Shown: piece by piece, positions 43,101-54,703 of the stretch
Layout of the letters: each line of letters opens with the position of its first letter
How positions within the stretch are numbered: position 1 is the first letter of the stretch
Assembly: GCA_964057225.1 (NCBI GenBank)
Contig: OZ059895.1
Location: forward strand, 7,874,001-7,938,000
DNA: 64,000 bases
Direction of reading: 5' to 3'
Source of the DNA: Auanema rhodensis
Lineage: Eukaryota > Animalia > Nematoda
Made by a program: the position numbers and the translations under genes
The notes under the pieces: generated by a model
Database searches by the model: none
What the model was told of the DNA's origin: nothing
The model's input: only the letters and a program-made list of their open reading frames with translations

Positions 43101-44311
43101 TTAGCAAAATTAAAAATTTTGATTGAAAACCTAAATATGCCTTCAGTGTCGCATCCAAAAATTTTCAAATGATCCACAATCGTCATGATTGTCTGAGGTG
43201 GTGTAGCTGCATCAAGTTCCTTACCTAAAAGGCTTCGAGAATCCATCCGATGAAGAACTTTCTTTCTGTGAAAAAAAAAGATTTATTCAACAAGAACGAA
43301 CATTGAGAATTTCAAAAAGACGTAGCAGAAAGTAACCAACTTGATGCTATTGACAAACTGCATTGGTGTTGACGTTTTTGTTGATTTCATTGTGGACAGT
43401 ATAAGACGACAGTTCAACATTGGAAATGTATCCAAAGCCTGTTTTTGACTTTCAGAAATTCTAGAACATTACTTTCAATCAACGATGAACAGATGTATTT
43501 CCTTACCGAACTCCTGTTTTACGAATTTCATGCATGATAACAGCATACACATTTTCCGGTCCCTGTAGACTTTTGCCGGACGAATCTCCGACAACCAACT
43601 TCAGCTCATACGATGTATTGGGAAGAGCAAGATCATTAGCCGTTTCCACCACAAGCTCTCCACTTTTTTTACCATTATCAATACGGCGACGAATGATCTA
43701 ATTTCAAAGAAAAAAATAAGAAAAACGTTACTTCCATCATGAACTTACTTGTTTTCTTCCCCGTACATTAATATCCATTGATATCATTGTAAACAGAGGT
43801 TTTAAATTTTGTTGAATGTAAAAGCCTAATAGCTCGAACCATTCTTCTTTTTCTTCATTTGTTCTTAATGTTATATACGTATAATATATATAATTTATTC
43901 AACAAATTTGTTTACCGAAAATGAAGCAAATAGTTTGTCATTGGCCACCCAATTAAGAAAGAATCAACTGTATTCGAAGATGCAACCCATACATCAGATA
44001 GTCGAAGTTTCTCTTTTAGTTTAAATGAGCCAGGTCCTCTAAAAAAAATTGAAAAAAATGAATTTTCAGATTAAACTGAAGAGATAATTTACTTTTGTTT
44101 TGATACAAACAGTGTATCCTGATAGAGAAAGTAATAACGATGAAAACTTAAAAGAGTTGAGAGTGATGTCATCTGGACAGGACCCTCTTTTAGAGGTTTC
44201 TTACCATTATTAGATACACCTTCCTAAAAAGGTAATACATTTATAATTATAATAATAAATTAAAAACAATACATTGTCTATATTAAGACTTGTAGATGAT
44301 GATAAACTCAT
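40155..44311 (-). CDS. rga-2: RhoGAP with N-terminal PH-like and Ras-association domains and long S/T-rich tail (ARHGAP20/RGA-2-like)
   Basis: PH-like EGPVQM..HRYYFLYQDTLFVSKQK..FKLKEKLRLSDVWV..SFLIGWPMTNYLLHF, then an RA-like segment. GAP: GCDTEGIFRKSP (arginine finger), LASMLKEYLRSIPG, SKMTASALSVCLGPSFL. Ends INWSVRQLKTLFQ...YPNF*. Symbol assigned from recalled architecture; further 5' exons are possible. Confidence 0.85.
42203..42633. repeat. Inverted duplication copy A (fills most of RhoGAP intron 42161-42623 plus 10 nt of exon)
   Basis: Reverse complement matches 49844-50262 along its whole length, differing mainly in TA and homopolymer tract lengths. Confidence 0.97.
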
Positions 44312-47300
44312 TATGAGAGTTAAGAAATATGGAGCAGATGAAGCTCAAACTGAGCTGATGTTCTAGATACTTAGGTTCAGAGTATAAATCTATAATATGT
44401 ATACATAAATATATAAATTATAATAAAAATTAATAATTATATAGACAAAATAAAGAAAACAAATTTCAAAAAAACAAAAAATTATCTGAGAAATAATATA
44501 ATATTTCACATATAATTACTAATATTGAAATATTAACTAGTTGTATTTCAAGAAATACATATGTGAAATATAGTTGAATAGAATAATGTAGAAATATGAA
44601 TCTGTTCTTGTACTTATAGGAATATCTATATATGAAGTTAGAAATTGAATAGATGAATAACATTATAAGTTGAAGAAGAACAGATGATGACGACAACGTT
44701 GACGACGACGACAACGATTATGATGATGATGATGATGATGATGGCGACATCACTTTCACCATAAAATACTTTCACATCTGGCTGAAGTAGTGGTCAGAAC
44801 CTTGTTTACCCGTAGGTACGACGATGACAACGACATCGACAACGACGAAGACGGTATTGGCCAATTGAGACAGAAGACGGGAGAGAGGAACGGATTCGGA
44901 AACGTCAAATATATGTTGAAAATAGTGCATTGCTACCGGAGGGAGAGATAGAACAAGAGAACAGTAACGCCCAGTTACTATTCAGAATCCGACACATCGT
45001 TTCTTTCATTAGAAAGAGATATTTTAGAAATTGAAGAGAGAATGAATGAGATAGTATAAGAGATCGAGATAGGACGAGAGTTGAAGAGAGAAAGAGGTAA
45101 AGATGACAAGAGATGGAAAAGACCAGAATTATGTAATCGAGGAAAAGAGAGTGAGCGAACTTTGGAAGGCTAGATTTACGGGCGAGGGTAGTAGGGACAA
45201 CTGACCAGAGCGTTGAACGAAATGTCGACAAAGACAGCAACAGTGAGAAGCAGATGAGGACAAATATGGGATTGACCGAATCGAATGATGAGGAACTAGA
45301 AGAATACTATGGCTCCATGGATGACGATAAAACAACGACAACGAATACGATGATGACAATGACGTCTACAACGAAAGTGATGCGATACCTAAGACGACGA
45401 AGACGACGACGGAAGACTAGGAAGATGAATAAGGTGATGAGGATGAAAATGAAGACAATGGTACGACTGACTGACTAACAGAATAGCAAATAAATCGTTG
45501 TAGCCATTTGAAGAGCAGTCTCAAGAAGCTGATGGTGGTGTCGCTGTTTCTGCTGTTTGTTTCGCACCATCTTGATTCCTCTATCTTAATCTGTTTGACT
45601 CTTCATCCTTTTTTTGCCCTTTCACATGCTTTTAGTTGAAAAGCAAAGTAGATATAGAGAATATGACAGAGAGGAGATAACTGATATTTTCAATTTCCAA
45701 ATGGATCATATGATGTAATTACGTAAACTGTTATATATCATGTTTAAAGTTTACGTGAGTCGCAGGTTTATTTGAAACAAGTTAAATTTTTTTGCGTCAA
45801 ATGAGAGAGAGAGAGAAGGAGAGAGAGAGAGAGGGAGAGAGAAAGTGAAGGAGAAAGAGTGAAAAGGAGAGGAGGGTAAGCAGGTGATAGAGGTGAGGGA
45901 ACCCATACACGAATATGAATAGAAATGAGCTAATGTATACACGAGAAAAGTAAAACTATTTGTTGAATATTAACGAAATCTGATACAGTGAATAGGTAGT
46001 AGCTAATCTAGTTTGTATGAATAACCGTAAAAGGCTGAGTAGCTTAAGAAGTTAGATTGGAAAGGAGTTTGAGAAGGAGAGGAAGAGAGTTTATTAGTTT
46101 AGGTAAGTGAATCGAATACGGCTTAACGATCTAAGTTAACAGCTGAGACTTGTTGCCTGTCTGTCAGTAATATATATGCAAATAAGGTGTTTATTCGTCA
46201 GTCGAAGCTCGGCAGAAATATAAAGATAGAGAGATAGATGAAGGAAGAGGTGTGAGGAAATGAGAGAAATAGAGATAATGGTATAAGTGAGAAAGAGGAA
46301 TAAAACGAGTAAAAGACAGCTAGATAGGTAATGAAGCAACGATATAGTATATATAAACTATAAATCAACACGAAATTTGTCAAAAATATATACATTTGCC
46401 CTGTTTAATAATATATAATATGTATATATAACTCGAAAAGATTCTAACATGAACGATAGAACAACAAGAATGAAGAGAATAAGGTAATATGCTATAGTTG
46501 GAGAGCACGACGGATAGAGAGAATATAGCGAACCTTCAAGGACACTCCTGAACAGAGGTCGGTTGGTTCCGTACGGATTGTGCGTTGTATGGCGACAATG
46601 CCTAAGGGAAGATAAGCGAACACCAAAACGAGAAGATATGTACGTAAGGAAATTTGCAGGACGATGAGTGTGCGATAGAGGAAGAAAACAAGAGAGAAAG
46701 AGTGAAAGAGGGAGAATTAGAAAAAGGTTGAAGAGATTGAGAGAGAAAGGATGGATCAAAGAAGGTAAGAGGAATAGAGGTTTCGTCTTTTCATTCTAAT
46801 ACTTATACATATGGTTTAGAATGATGAAGAGATTTTTCGGATTCGGAACAGAAAATGAGGAAAATTGGATTAAGGTTGAGATGGAGGATTTGAGAAATAT
46901 GATGATTTCGTGAAGATGATTAAAATTAAATTTACATTTCGAATAACATATTATATACATATATGTATATATGTAAATATTATAAACTATATACATATAT
47001 AAATAATAATAATAATAAATATTATTAAAAATATAAAATTAATAAAACATATAGTATAGCATATAATAATATTATATTTTATAATAAAAAAATATTATTT
47101 TGTTCTGATTAATAAGCAAACTATACTATATATACTAGGTTCTGTGAAATTGCCATGAAATTTGTGATGAAAAAAATTTGAAAGTAAAACGATGACAAAA
47201 CAATTGAGAAGAAGATGATCAAAGGAGGAGTTAAGGAGGAGAAAATGAATTGAATGGACAATGACTGGCTGTGAATGAGGCCGGAAATCTAAATCTGTCC

Positions 47301-49843
47301 CAATTGCTCTTGAAGCGAAAAACGAAAAAAGGTGCTTTAAGCCGATTTTAGCTTGCACTCGAAAGATTATCTGACCATGCGGTGGACGAGACGGTCTGTT
47401 GATTAGGAAACAAAAAGTTTTCTTCTTCATAAAAGAAGAAGGAAAGAAAAAGAAAACTAATAAAATATAGAAGATTATGAAAAAGAAAAAGAAGAATTAT
47501 TAAAAGAAAAACAACAAAATATTTGAATATATATATATATATTTGATTGAATATTACATATTTAATATTTTATTATATTAAATAGTATATATAATCTATA
47601 AAAAAGTTTTGAAATTATAGAGATATTAGAGATAAAAATTAAATAAAACTTAAAAGAAAGTAACAGAGAGATATATGTATAGAGAGAGAGAGTTAAATGA
47701 TGTATTTGAAACAGTTATAATGGTTTTGAAAAATAGGTCAAAGATGAAAAGAAACTCACATACACATACATGTACATCGTGTAAAGTTCAAGTAATAAGT
47801 TTTAATCGAAATTTACTAATTAACTATAAGATATAATAATAAAAATAATTTAAGAATATTTATATTAATTTTATAAATTTAAAAAGAATTAAATATTATG
47901 AGAAAAAGTATAAATTATGATGTGAACTAGGTCAATATTTGAATCATTTCATATTAATTCCGCACAAAAAAATAATTTTAATGAATTCTCGTGTAGAGAG
48001 AGAGAAAAAGAGAGAGAGAGAGAGAAAGAGAGAAGAGAGAGAGGAGAATAAAGTATTGAAAGTATTGAAATGTAGGAAAATGAAAAAAGACAGAATGATT
48101 AAAAGAGAATATATAAATTTTAAAAAAAGAAATTTAGTATTATCACATAAAAATATTTTTTAAATAAAATAATAATAAAAGAAAACTGATGCTTTTAAAT
48201 TACAAATTTATATTTTACATGAGTAAAAGAGAACAGGATGAGTAGTGAAGGTGATCTAGAGCAATGAGGAATGACCGATAGCATGAGATAGAGAGGTGGT
48301 AAGAGGTAGAGACTATTGGTGATCTCGTCGTGCGCAAAGGTATAAACATATCCATGTAGGGTCATTCATAACTTTTCGTTTTCGGATTCGAGCGAATCCG
48401 CCTGACCTTATCTAGGATATCTCATCTGTCTTATATGTGTTATATGTTATGAAATCATGTTACATGAAATATTTTTTTTCTTAATCTTCTTCAATTTGAT
48501 TTTTTTTTTAAATTTTCAAAGAATTAATTGAAATAATATGTAATTAATAAAGAAAGAGAAGTATATATATATGGAGAGAGAGAAATAGAGATAGAGAGAG
48601 AGAGAGAAAAGGAAAAACATAAAGAGCTAAATAGAGAGAACCTTATATCTTAGTATTCATGGAAGATGAGCAAATAAACTGAAAAAGGAAAAAACAAGAA
48701 ACCTAAAAGTTTTTTTCGCTCCTGGTTTTAACTGTCATTAGAAGAGAGAGAAAGGGCGAAAAACAAAAGATGAATAATTCAATATAAACAAATGAATAAA
48801 CACAAAAACATGAATTGAAAAAATGAAAAAGTAAACCAATAGTTTGTTTGAACTTTTCATTGAAAACTGTGAAATACTCTTGAAAATTATTGAAAAACGA
48901 AGTTTGAAAAGGCTGAGAGTTGTAGACGTGTACAATTCTTCTTAACTTCCTTTTTTTTCTCAAATATCAAAGATTTTTTTTGAGAGGGGAGAATGAGGTA
49001 GGTTGAAAGAAAGTCAAATGCAATGCTGCTGTATAGTAAGAATCTCATCTTGAGGAACGGAATCGAAGCAGATTGTGTGGCGGCAATCAAATAACTTTTT
49101 GAAGAAAAAAAAAAGAAATTGAAGCATATGATTTATCTGGTTATGAATCCCTGTCCTCTCTCTGTTTTCCCCTCTCCCTCTTTTTCTTTTTCGTAACTTT
49201 CTTCTTTGTATTTCTCTTCTGAAGTACATCCTGTTTAGTATACGTACGTACATACATATGGAGACAATCCGCTTCAAAGCGATTAGTTGAGACGACACGA
49301 TGACGAATAGAAAAAGTGAGGAGAATTGAAGCATCTAAACAAGATAGCCTATTGAAGCTAGGTCAAGAAGGTTGTTGCTACTAAAGCTAGATTTATCGAA
49401 GATTTCATATGTTCATTATAATATTTTTTTTGTGATTGACGATACAAATTGAATATGAGATGATGATGATTGTCATAGAGTTATATGATTTTATTTCCTA
49501 TTGTCATTATTAGATTTTATAATAATGAAAGAGAAAGATAGATAAGAATTGAAAAAAAAAGAAAAAGAACTAACTTCACATAGTTAACATTGCTATTATT
49601 TTTGTATTTATATGTAAAATTATGTTATAAGTTATATATGAAGTGATAGATAATATAAAGATATATGCATATACATACTCACATATGTGATATTGATGAT
49701 GATATGTGTGCAGCAAATTCTAAGTGCCACCTACTAACTATTTCAAAAATACAGTATTATACTATTACTTTAATATATATTATATATACATAGTATATAT
49801 GTATATGTAATATAAATATAATTACTCTTTACTAGAGTATTAG

Positions 49844-50262
49844 GAATCATCAGGTACATGCTAACTATACATATATATTATTAAATATAATATTAAAAAT
49901 AAAAAAAATATATAATTTATATGATATAATAATTAATAATTAATATTATTATTAATAATAATTAATAAAAGAGAAACATATACTAATGTTTCTTGTAAAA
50001 GATATTGAATCATATAATCAGGTCATATATAGTATATCTTTTCTCTTATATCTTAATTATTATCTTCTCAACTTATCAAATTATCATGTCAAAAAAGGGA
50101 TATAAACATATATATATTATATATTATATATATAGACATACATATAGTTAGATAGATATTTTAAATATTAATTATATATTAAGATACAACCAATCTTTTT
50201 AATTTTTTTTTTAAAAAAAATATTTGAATCACGTAAAGTTCACGTAATTTCAAATACTGTAA
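49844..50262. repeat. Inverted duplication copy B (intergenic, ~300 bp downstream of the carboxylesterase stop)
   Basis: Starts GAATCATCAGGTACATGCTAACTATA and ends CACGTAATTTCAAATACTGTAA; reverse complement of 42203-42633. Confidence 0.97.
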
Positions 50263-50558
50263 ATATGGAAAAAGTTCTTATAATGTCTGAAATAAATAAA
50301 AAACAAAGTTCAAACATTTTGTTTTTAAATTTAATTTCTTGTATAATGAGGTTATTTACTTATGATAAGAACAAATAAATAATAAAGAAAACTGTGTATT
50401 ACCGTATCAGTTTTTCAGAAATTGTTTAATTACAAAATAATAATAATATTATATTATTTGAAATTAAATGAATTAAAAAAATTTATTTCCTTAAAATAAA
50501 AAATAAACAGGCTGTGAATTTTTCATTTGGATACTGTATAAATGAAATAATTTAGATT

Positions 50559-53284
50559 TTAACAAAAAGGAGGAGTATATCCATCGATAGTTGGCGCTGT
50601 ACAGGCCCAAAACATTGAGTCAGTATGATAATCGAGTGATGATGTTGGATTTGGTTTCAATGATACATAGCTATATATAATTAATATATTCTGTGAATAT
50701 TATGTGAATAGCTAACCTATTACTATTACCTATACGTGGAAATGAGAATGGTAAACTGCTTCCAGATGGAGATGGATTACTGTAATTTATATAAATTATT
50801 AATTTAATATTTATAAAAATTATATTTAATAACCCAGTTTTAATGAAATTTGCCCATATATCTGAAGTTATAGTTCTTAGCTTTTCATCATCTGCATCAC
50901 ATGTCCAATAACATTCTGGAATAAAAAAGTGGAAAGATTTCAAAAAATATTACTTCAAATTTTTGTATATTATAATAAAATAAATAAATATTAATTACCT
51001 GTACTCATCAAATAAAGAAGATCCCAAGAGTGTGGTACTCCACGTAGTTGTGGTTGGGTTATTTGGGATAAAGCTGAACGAAATATAATTAAATGCTGAA
51101 ATTCTTCCAAAAAAAAAAAAAACCTCTTGGTGATAAATAATCAAATGAATACAAATACACTTTAGATCTTGTATAATCAAAGTATTTAGCATCTCTAAGT
51201 ACTGGACCAATGAAAATCATTTCGGAAAACAGCTACAACTTGTTTCAACAATGCTTAAATCTCAGATTTTAAGATGTACCTTGATGTGTTGAGCCATCCA
51301 GCCGACATTATCATCAGCAGCTATTACAGGATAATTAATATATTTATTAGCAGCAGCAGCATATACCGATTCTATTAGTGATTTTCAATTTATTAAATTT
51401 GAAAATTGAAAAAAAAATTTTAATTACTTGGATTATCCCAGTATGTCATCTCATAACTATTTTTCAGAATATTTCGTAAACCTTCTTGAGTATTAGCAGA
51501 ACTATTCAAATTTTTCATGATGTTATTAAGTTCTAAATACAATTTAATTTAAAATTTCAATGTTTAAATTTAAAAAAAATTATAATTTATCCAAAAAAAC
51601 TTGTGATTAGTGTTACTTTCATTTTATGATTACTCGCAATGCAATTGCCAAGTTTCAAGTTGAACTTACCCCAAGCTAGCCATTCATCATGTACATTACC
51701 AATAAGAACAGGTGTAGATGATCTTCGTAAAGCTAAGCTTTCTAATCTTCTAACAAAATATTTCTTATCCTATATATTTCAATTCAAAATAATTTTTTAA
51801 ATGTTATAAAACTTACCGCAACAACTGACCATTTCATACGATGATTTCGTAATTTAGAATCTTCAGATATAACTTGTGCTTGTGTTAATCCACGCAAGCA
51901 TCTAACTATTATCTATAATTAAGAATATAACATATACGTTGAATTTTGACTTGTTCACTCCATAGTCCATTTCGGAGTCCCATGATTCTTCTGTAGCACA
52001 TCCCGATGAAATAGCTAACTCAGCGCTGGTATTTCTAGTATAATCTGAATATGACATAACGGCTGACGTAAATGCTGATCCAGATTGCATAATTAGCTGT
52101 TTATATAAATCTCAAATATGTATATATTATATATTATAAATTATAATTAAATATAAACTTTTTGATTTTTCTGTCATTGATAGTAATGATACTGCTTCAG
52201 CTCCCGAACTTTGACCTCCAATTGTTACTTGTCTGGGATCACCTCCAAAGTAAGAAATCCATCTAAATTTCCAAGCCAATATTTTATCAGAAAAACAGAA
52301 AAAACTAAAATATTCTCACCTTTGAACCCAATTCAAAGCTTCAATCCAATCAGAAACTGCCCAATTTCCAGCAGCCATAGCTTCACGTGTTGAGAAGAAT
52401 CCTTAAAAATTAATTTTTTATATTATAAATTTATAAAAATTAATAAACCAAATGGTCCTAAACGATAATTAATTGAAACTAAAATGAGTCCTTTGTTAAC
52501 AAGTGTTTGGTATATTCCAGATCCAAGATCACCACTTCCTTCGGTGAATCCCCCTCCATGTATGTATACATATACAGGTAATTTTCCATTCAATGACGAA
52601 TTCTAAGATTCATAAAATGCTTCTCTATCCGAAAAATTTAGTTTAACAAACAGTTGGAGCAAAGATATTGAGATATAAACAATCTTCTTTGCCTTTTCCT
52701 GGTTGAGCACATGATGGTCCATAAGATAATGCTGACATGTTACCGTGTGGATCTTGAGATTGGGCATACTTTAATGAAAATAAATATAATTAACTTTTAA
52801 TTTATAATAACTATAAAAATATAAATAATATATATGAATGATCGATGATGATAACGATGATGATTGAATTTCTCTAGCTATTGTATATGAACTTTGAACG
52901 TTCAGAGAATTTCTCTTGAGAATTATTTAAAATAGACCTGATTTTCGACTTGTTTTCTAATCTTATCTTCTATGCTCTCTTTTAAATTTCTCTTTCAATC
53001 CTTTTCCTTCATCATTTGAAATTAAAAATAAAAACAAACGGTAAATCGAAGCGATCCAATTGGTGGAACTGCGTAAGGAATTCCACGCCAAGATTTACCG
53101 TATGAATGAGCATAACCTTAATAGTTAATATTCATTAGATTACTTATATCATATAATAATAGAAAATACCTTGTATAGTAGCTGATGTTGAACCATCATT
53201 GATGATAACATCAATCTTAGGATCATCACCCAAAACAAGGCATAATATTGAAAGAATTAGTATAATATATTTAATACTTTTCAT
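50559..53284 (-). CDS. Secreted type-B carboxylesterase (cholinesterase-like, cest family)
   Basis: Signal peptide MKSIKYIILILSILCLVLG; GIPYAVPPIGSLRF, EDCLYLNIFAP, YIHGGGF, INYRLGPFGF; nucleophile FGGDPRQVTIGGQSSGA; acid GNVHDEW; His GVPHSWDL; ends GYTPPFC*. Confidence 0.93.
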
Positions 53285-53638
53285 CTGTTAATATAATTAT
53301 ATTAATTTGTAAAAAATATATAAAAGCAAAGAGAATAAAAATATAAAATCAATCAGTATAATTCTTATCTCTATATGGAATCATTTTTATAAGAAGCATT
53401 TTGATATTATGATTCATAACTTTATAATCAAATATAATCATGTTTCGTCATGATTTAAGAAAAAATGTAGGAAAATCATTTTTAAAAATATTTATTTTTA
53501 TTTTTTATATATATATATATATTATTATTATTATTATTATTATATATAACAATGCATATTATAACATTTTGACCGGTTTTTGGTTGCACCATATTTACAA
53601 AGACAATAACAAGAAAAAAAATAAAATTTCAATTTAAT

Positions 53639-54437
53639 CTAATCGTCATAATTATTTTCATTATCCTCATCATCATCATCATCCTTATTTTTATTATTAT
53701 TATTATTATTATTCTGACTAATTTGTTCCCTATTACTCATTTTTTCGAGATTTGCATCTAAATTTGGAACCATCAATCTGGCTAGCGATGTTGTTGGATC
53801 ATCTGAGATAGCTGATATCGGTAATAAAGATTTGCCATATCTAACACGATGATATGTATCCAGAGCCTATAATCATGGAAGTTTTGTTTGTTTCGTTGAA
53901 GACTTATTTACCTCATCACATGAATCAATGTGAGCATCTGATAAGCAGACTTGTTTTGCTAAGTGAAAAGCTCGACGAGCTTCTGGATTCAAATTCAGTT
54001 TTTCCGATTGAGACTGGTTCGATGGATCAGCTAATGAGGTTTGTTTTCGGAAGTCAGTTGATACCTGGAAATATATTTTGTTGAAGTTTGTTAATTCAAA
54101 TTAGGTTAAAACCTGAAGATTCATTGGTCGACCAGCAAAGGGTAGAGGAAGTTCAAATCCAGTCATAGCTTTTCGTCTATTTTGTATTTGAAGAGCAGCT
54201 CCCATTAAATCAGATACCATACGTAATGGATCTAGCTAAAATATTATTTATACATGAATCTTTCATTTACATAGTATTACAAACCTCTTCAAAATTTGGA
54301 ACTTTGAATCTTGAACCAAGCTTTTGTGATGTATCACTATAGTGATAGATTCCACGTGGTACCTCTTCCATACCTCCATCAGCAGTTTCAGCTTGTTGAT
54401 GAGCTTCTATAAATTAAATAGAATTATATATTATTCT

Positions 54438-54478
<41 letters not shown>

Positions 54479-54703
54479 AAAAATAATAAATTAAAAAACA
54501 AACTTCTAATGTCGTCTTCATCCACTCCAGGTAAATGATATTGAAATTGACTGAGAACAAGTATCACTATAAAGTAAATAATTTTATAAATATTTAAATT
54601 GAATAGTTAAAGAAAAAAAAACAAAAAAACAATTATTTCTTAGAAGTTTACCTTGATATGATAGCACAAGTGGTATCAAAATTGAAAACTGTCCACATTT
54701 CAT
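53639..54703 (-). CDS. Uncharacterised, probably secreted nematode protein with N/D-rich C-terminus, six coding exons
   Basis: In-frame splice path: MKCGQFSILIPLVLSYQ|VILVLSQFQYHLPGVDEDDIR|KAHQQAETADGGMEEVPRG..|LDPLRMVSDLMGAALQ..GFELPLPFAGRPMNLQ|..ARRAFHLAKQVC..CDE|ALDTYHRVRYG..NNNNKNKDDDDDED..*; all GT-AG introns. Confidence 0.8.

Noticed and set aside
44807-44830. TACCCGTAG (miR-51/100-family seed)
   Set aside because: Flanks are GAC repeats that cannot form a stem beyond ~6 bp
47095-47430. 111-aa minus-strand ORF upstream of the RhoGAP as an extra coding exon
   Set aside because: No recognisable domain and no convincing in-frame donor identified
49382-49403. TAAAGCTAGATTTATCGAAGAT resembles miR-79/miR-9-3p
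   Set aside because: No complementary TCTTTGGT-type 5' arm upstream, so no precursor hairpin
31533-53284. tmem-189, haf transporter and carboxylesterase as a lipid or lysosome-related-organelle metabolic cluster
   Set aside because: Mixed orientations, interrupted by an unrelated RhoGAP, and no sequence evidence of co-regulation
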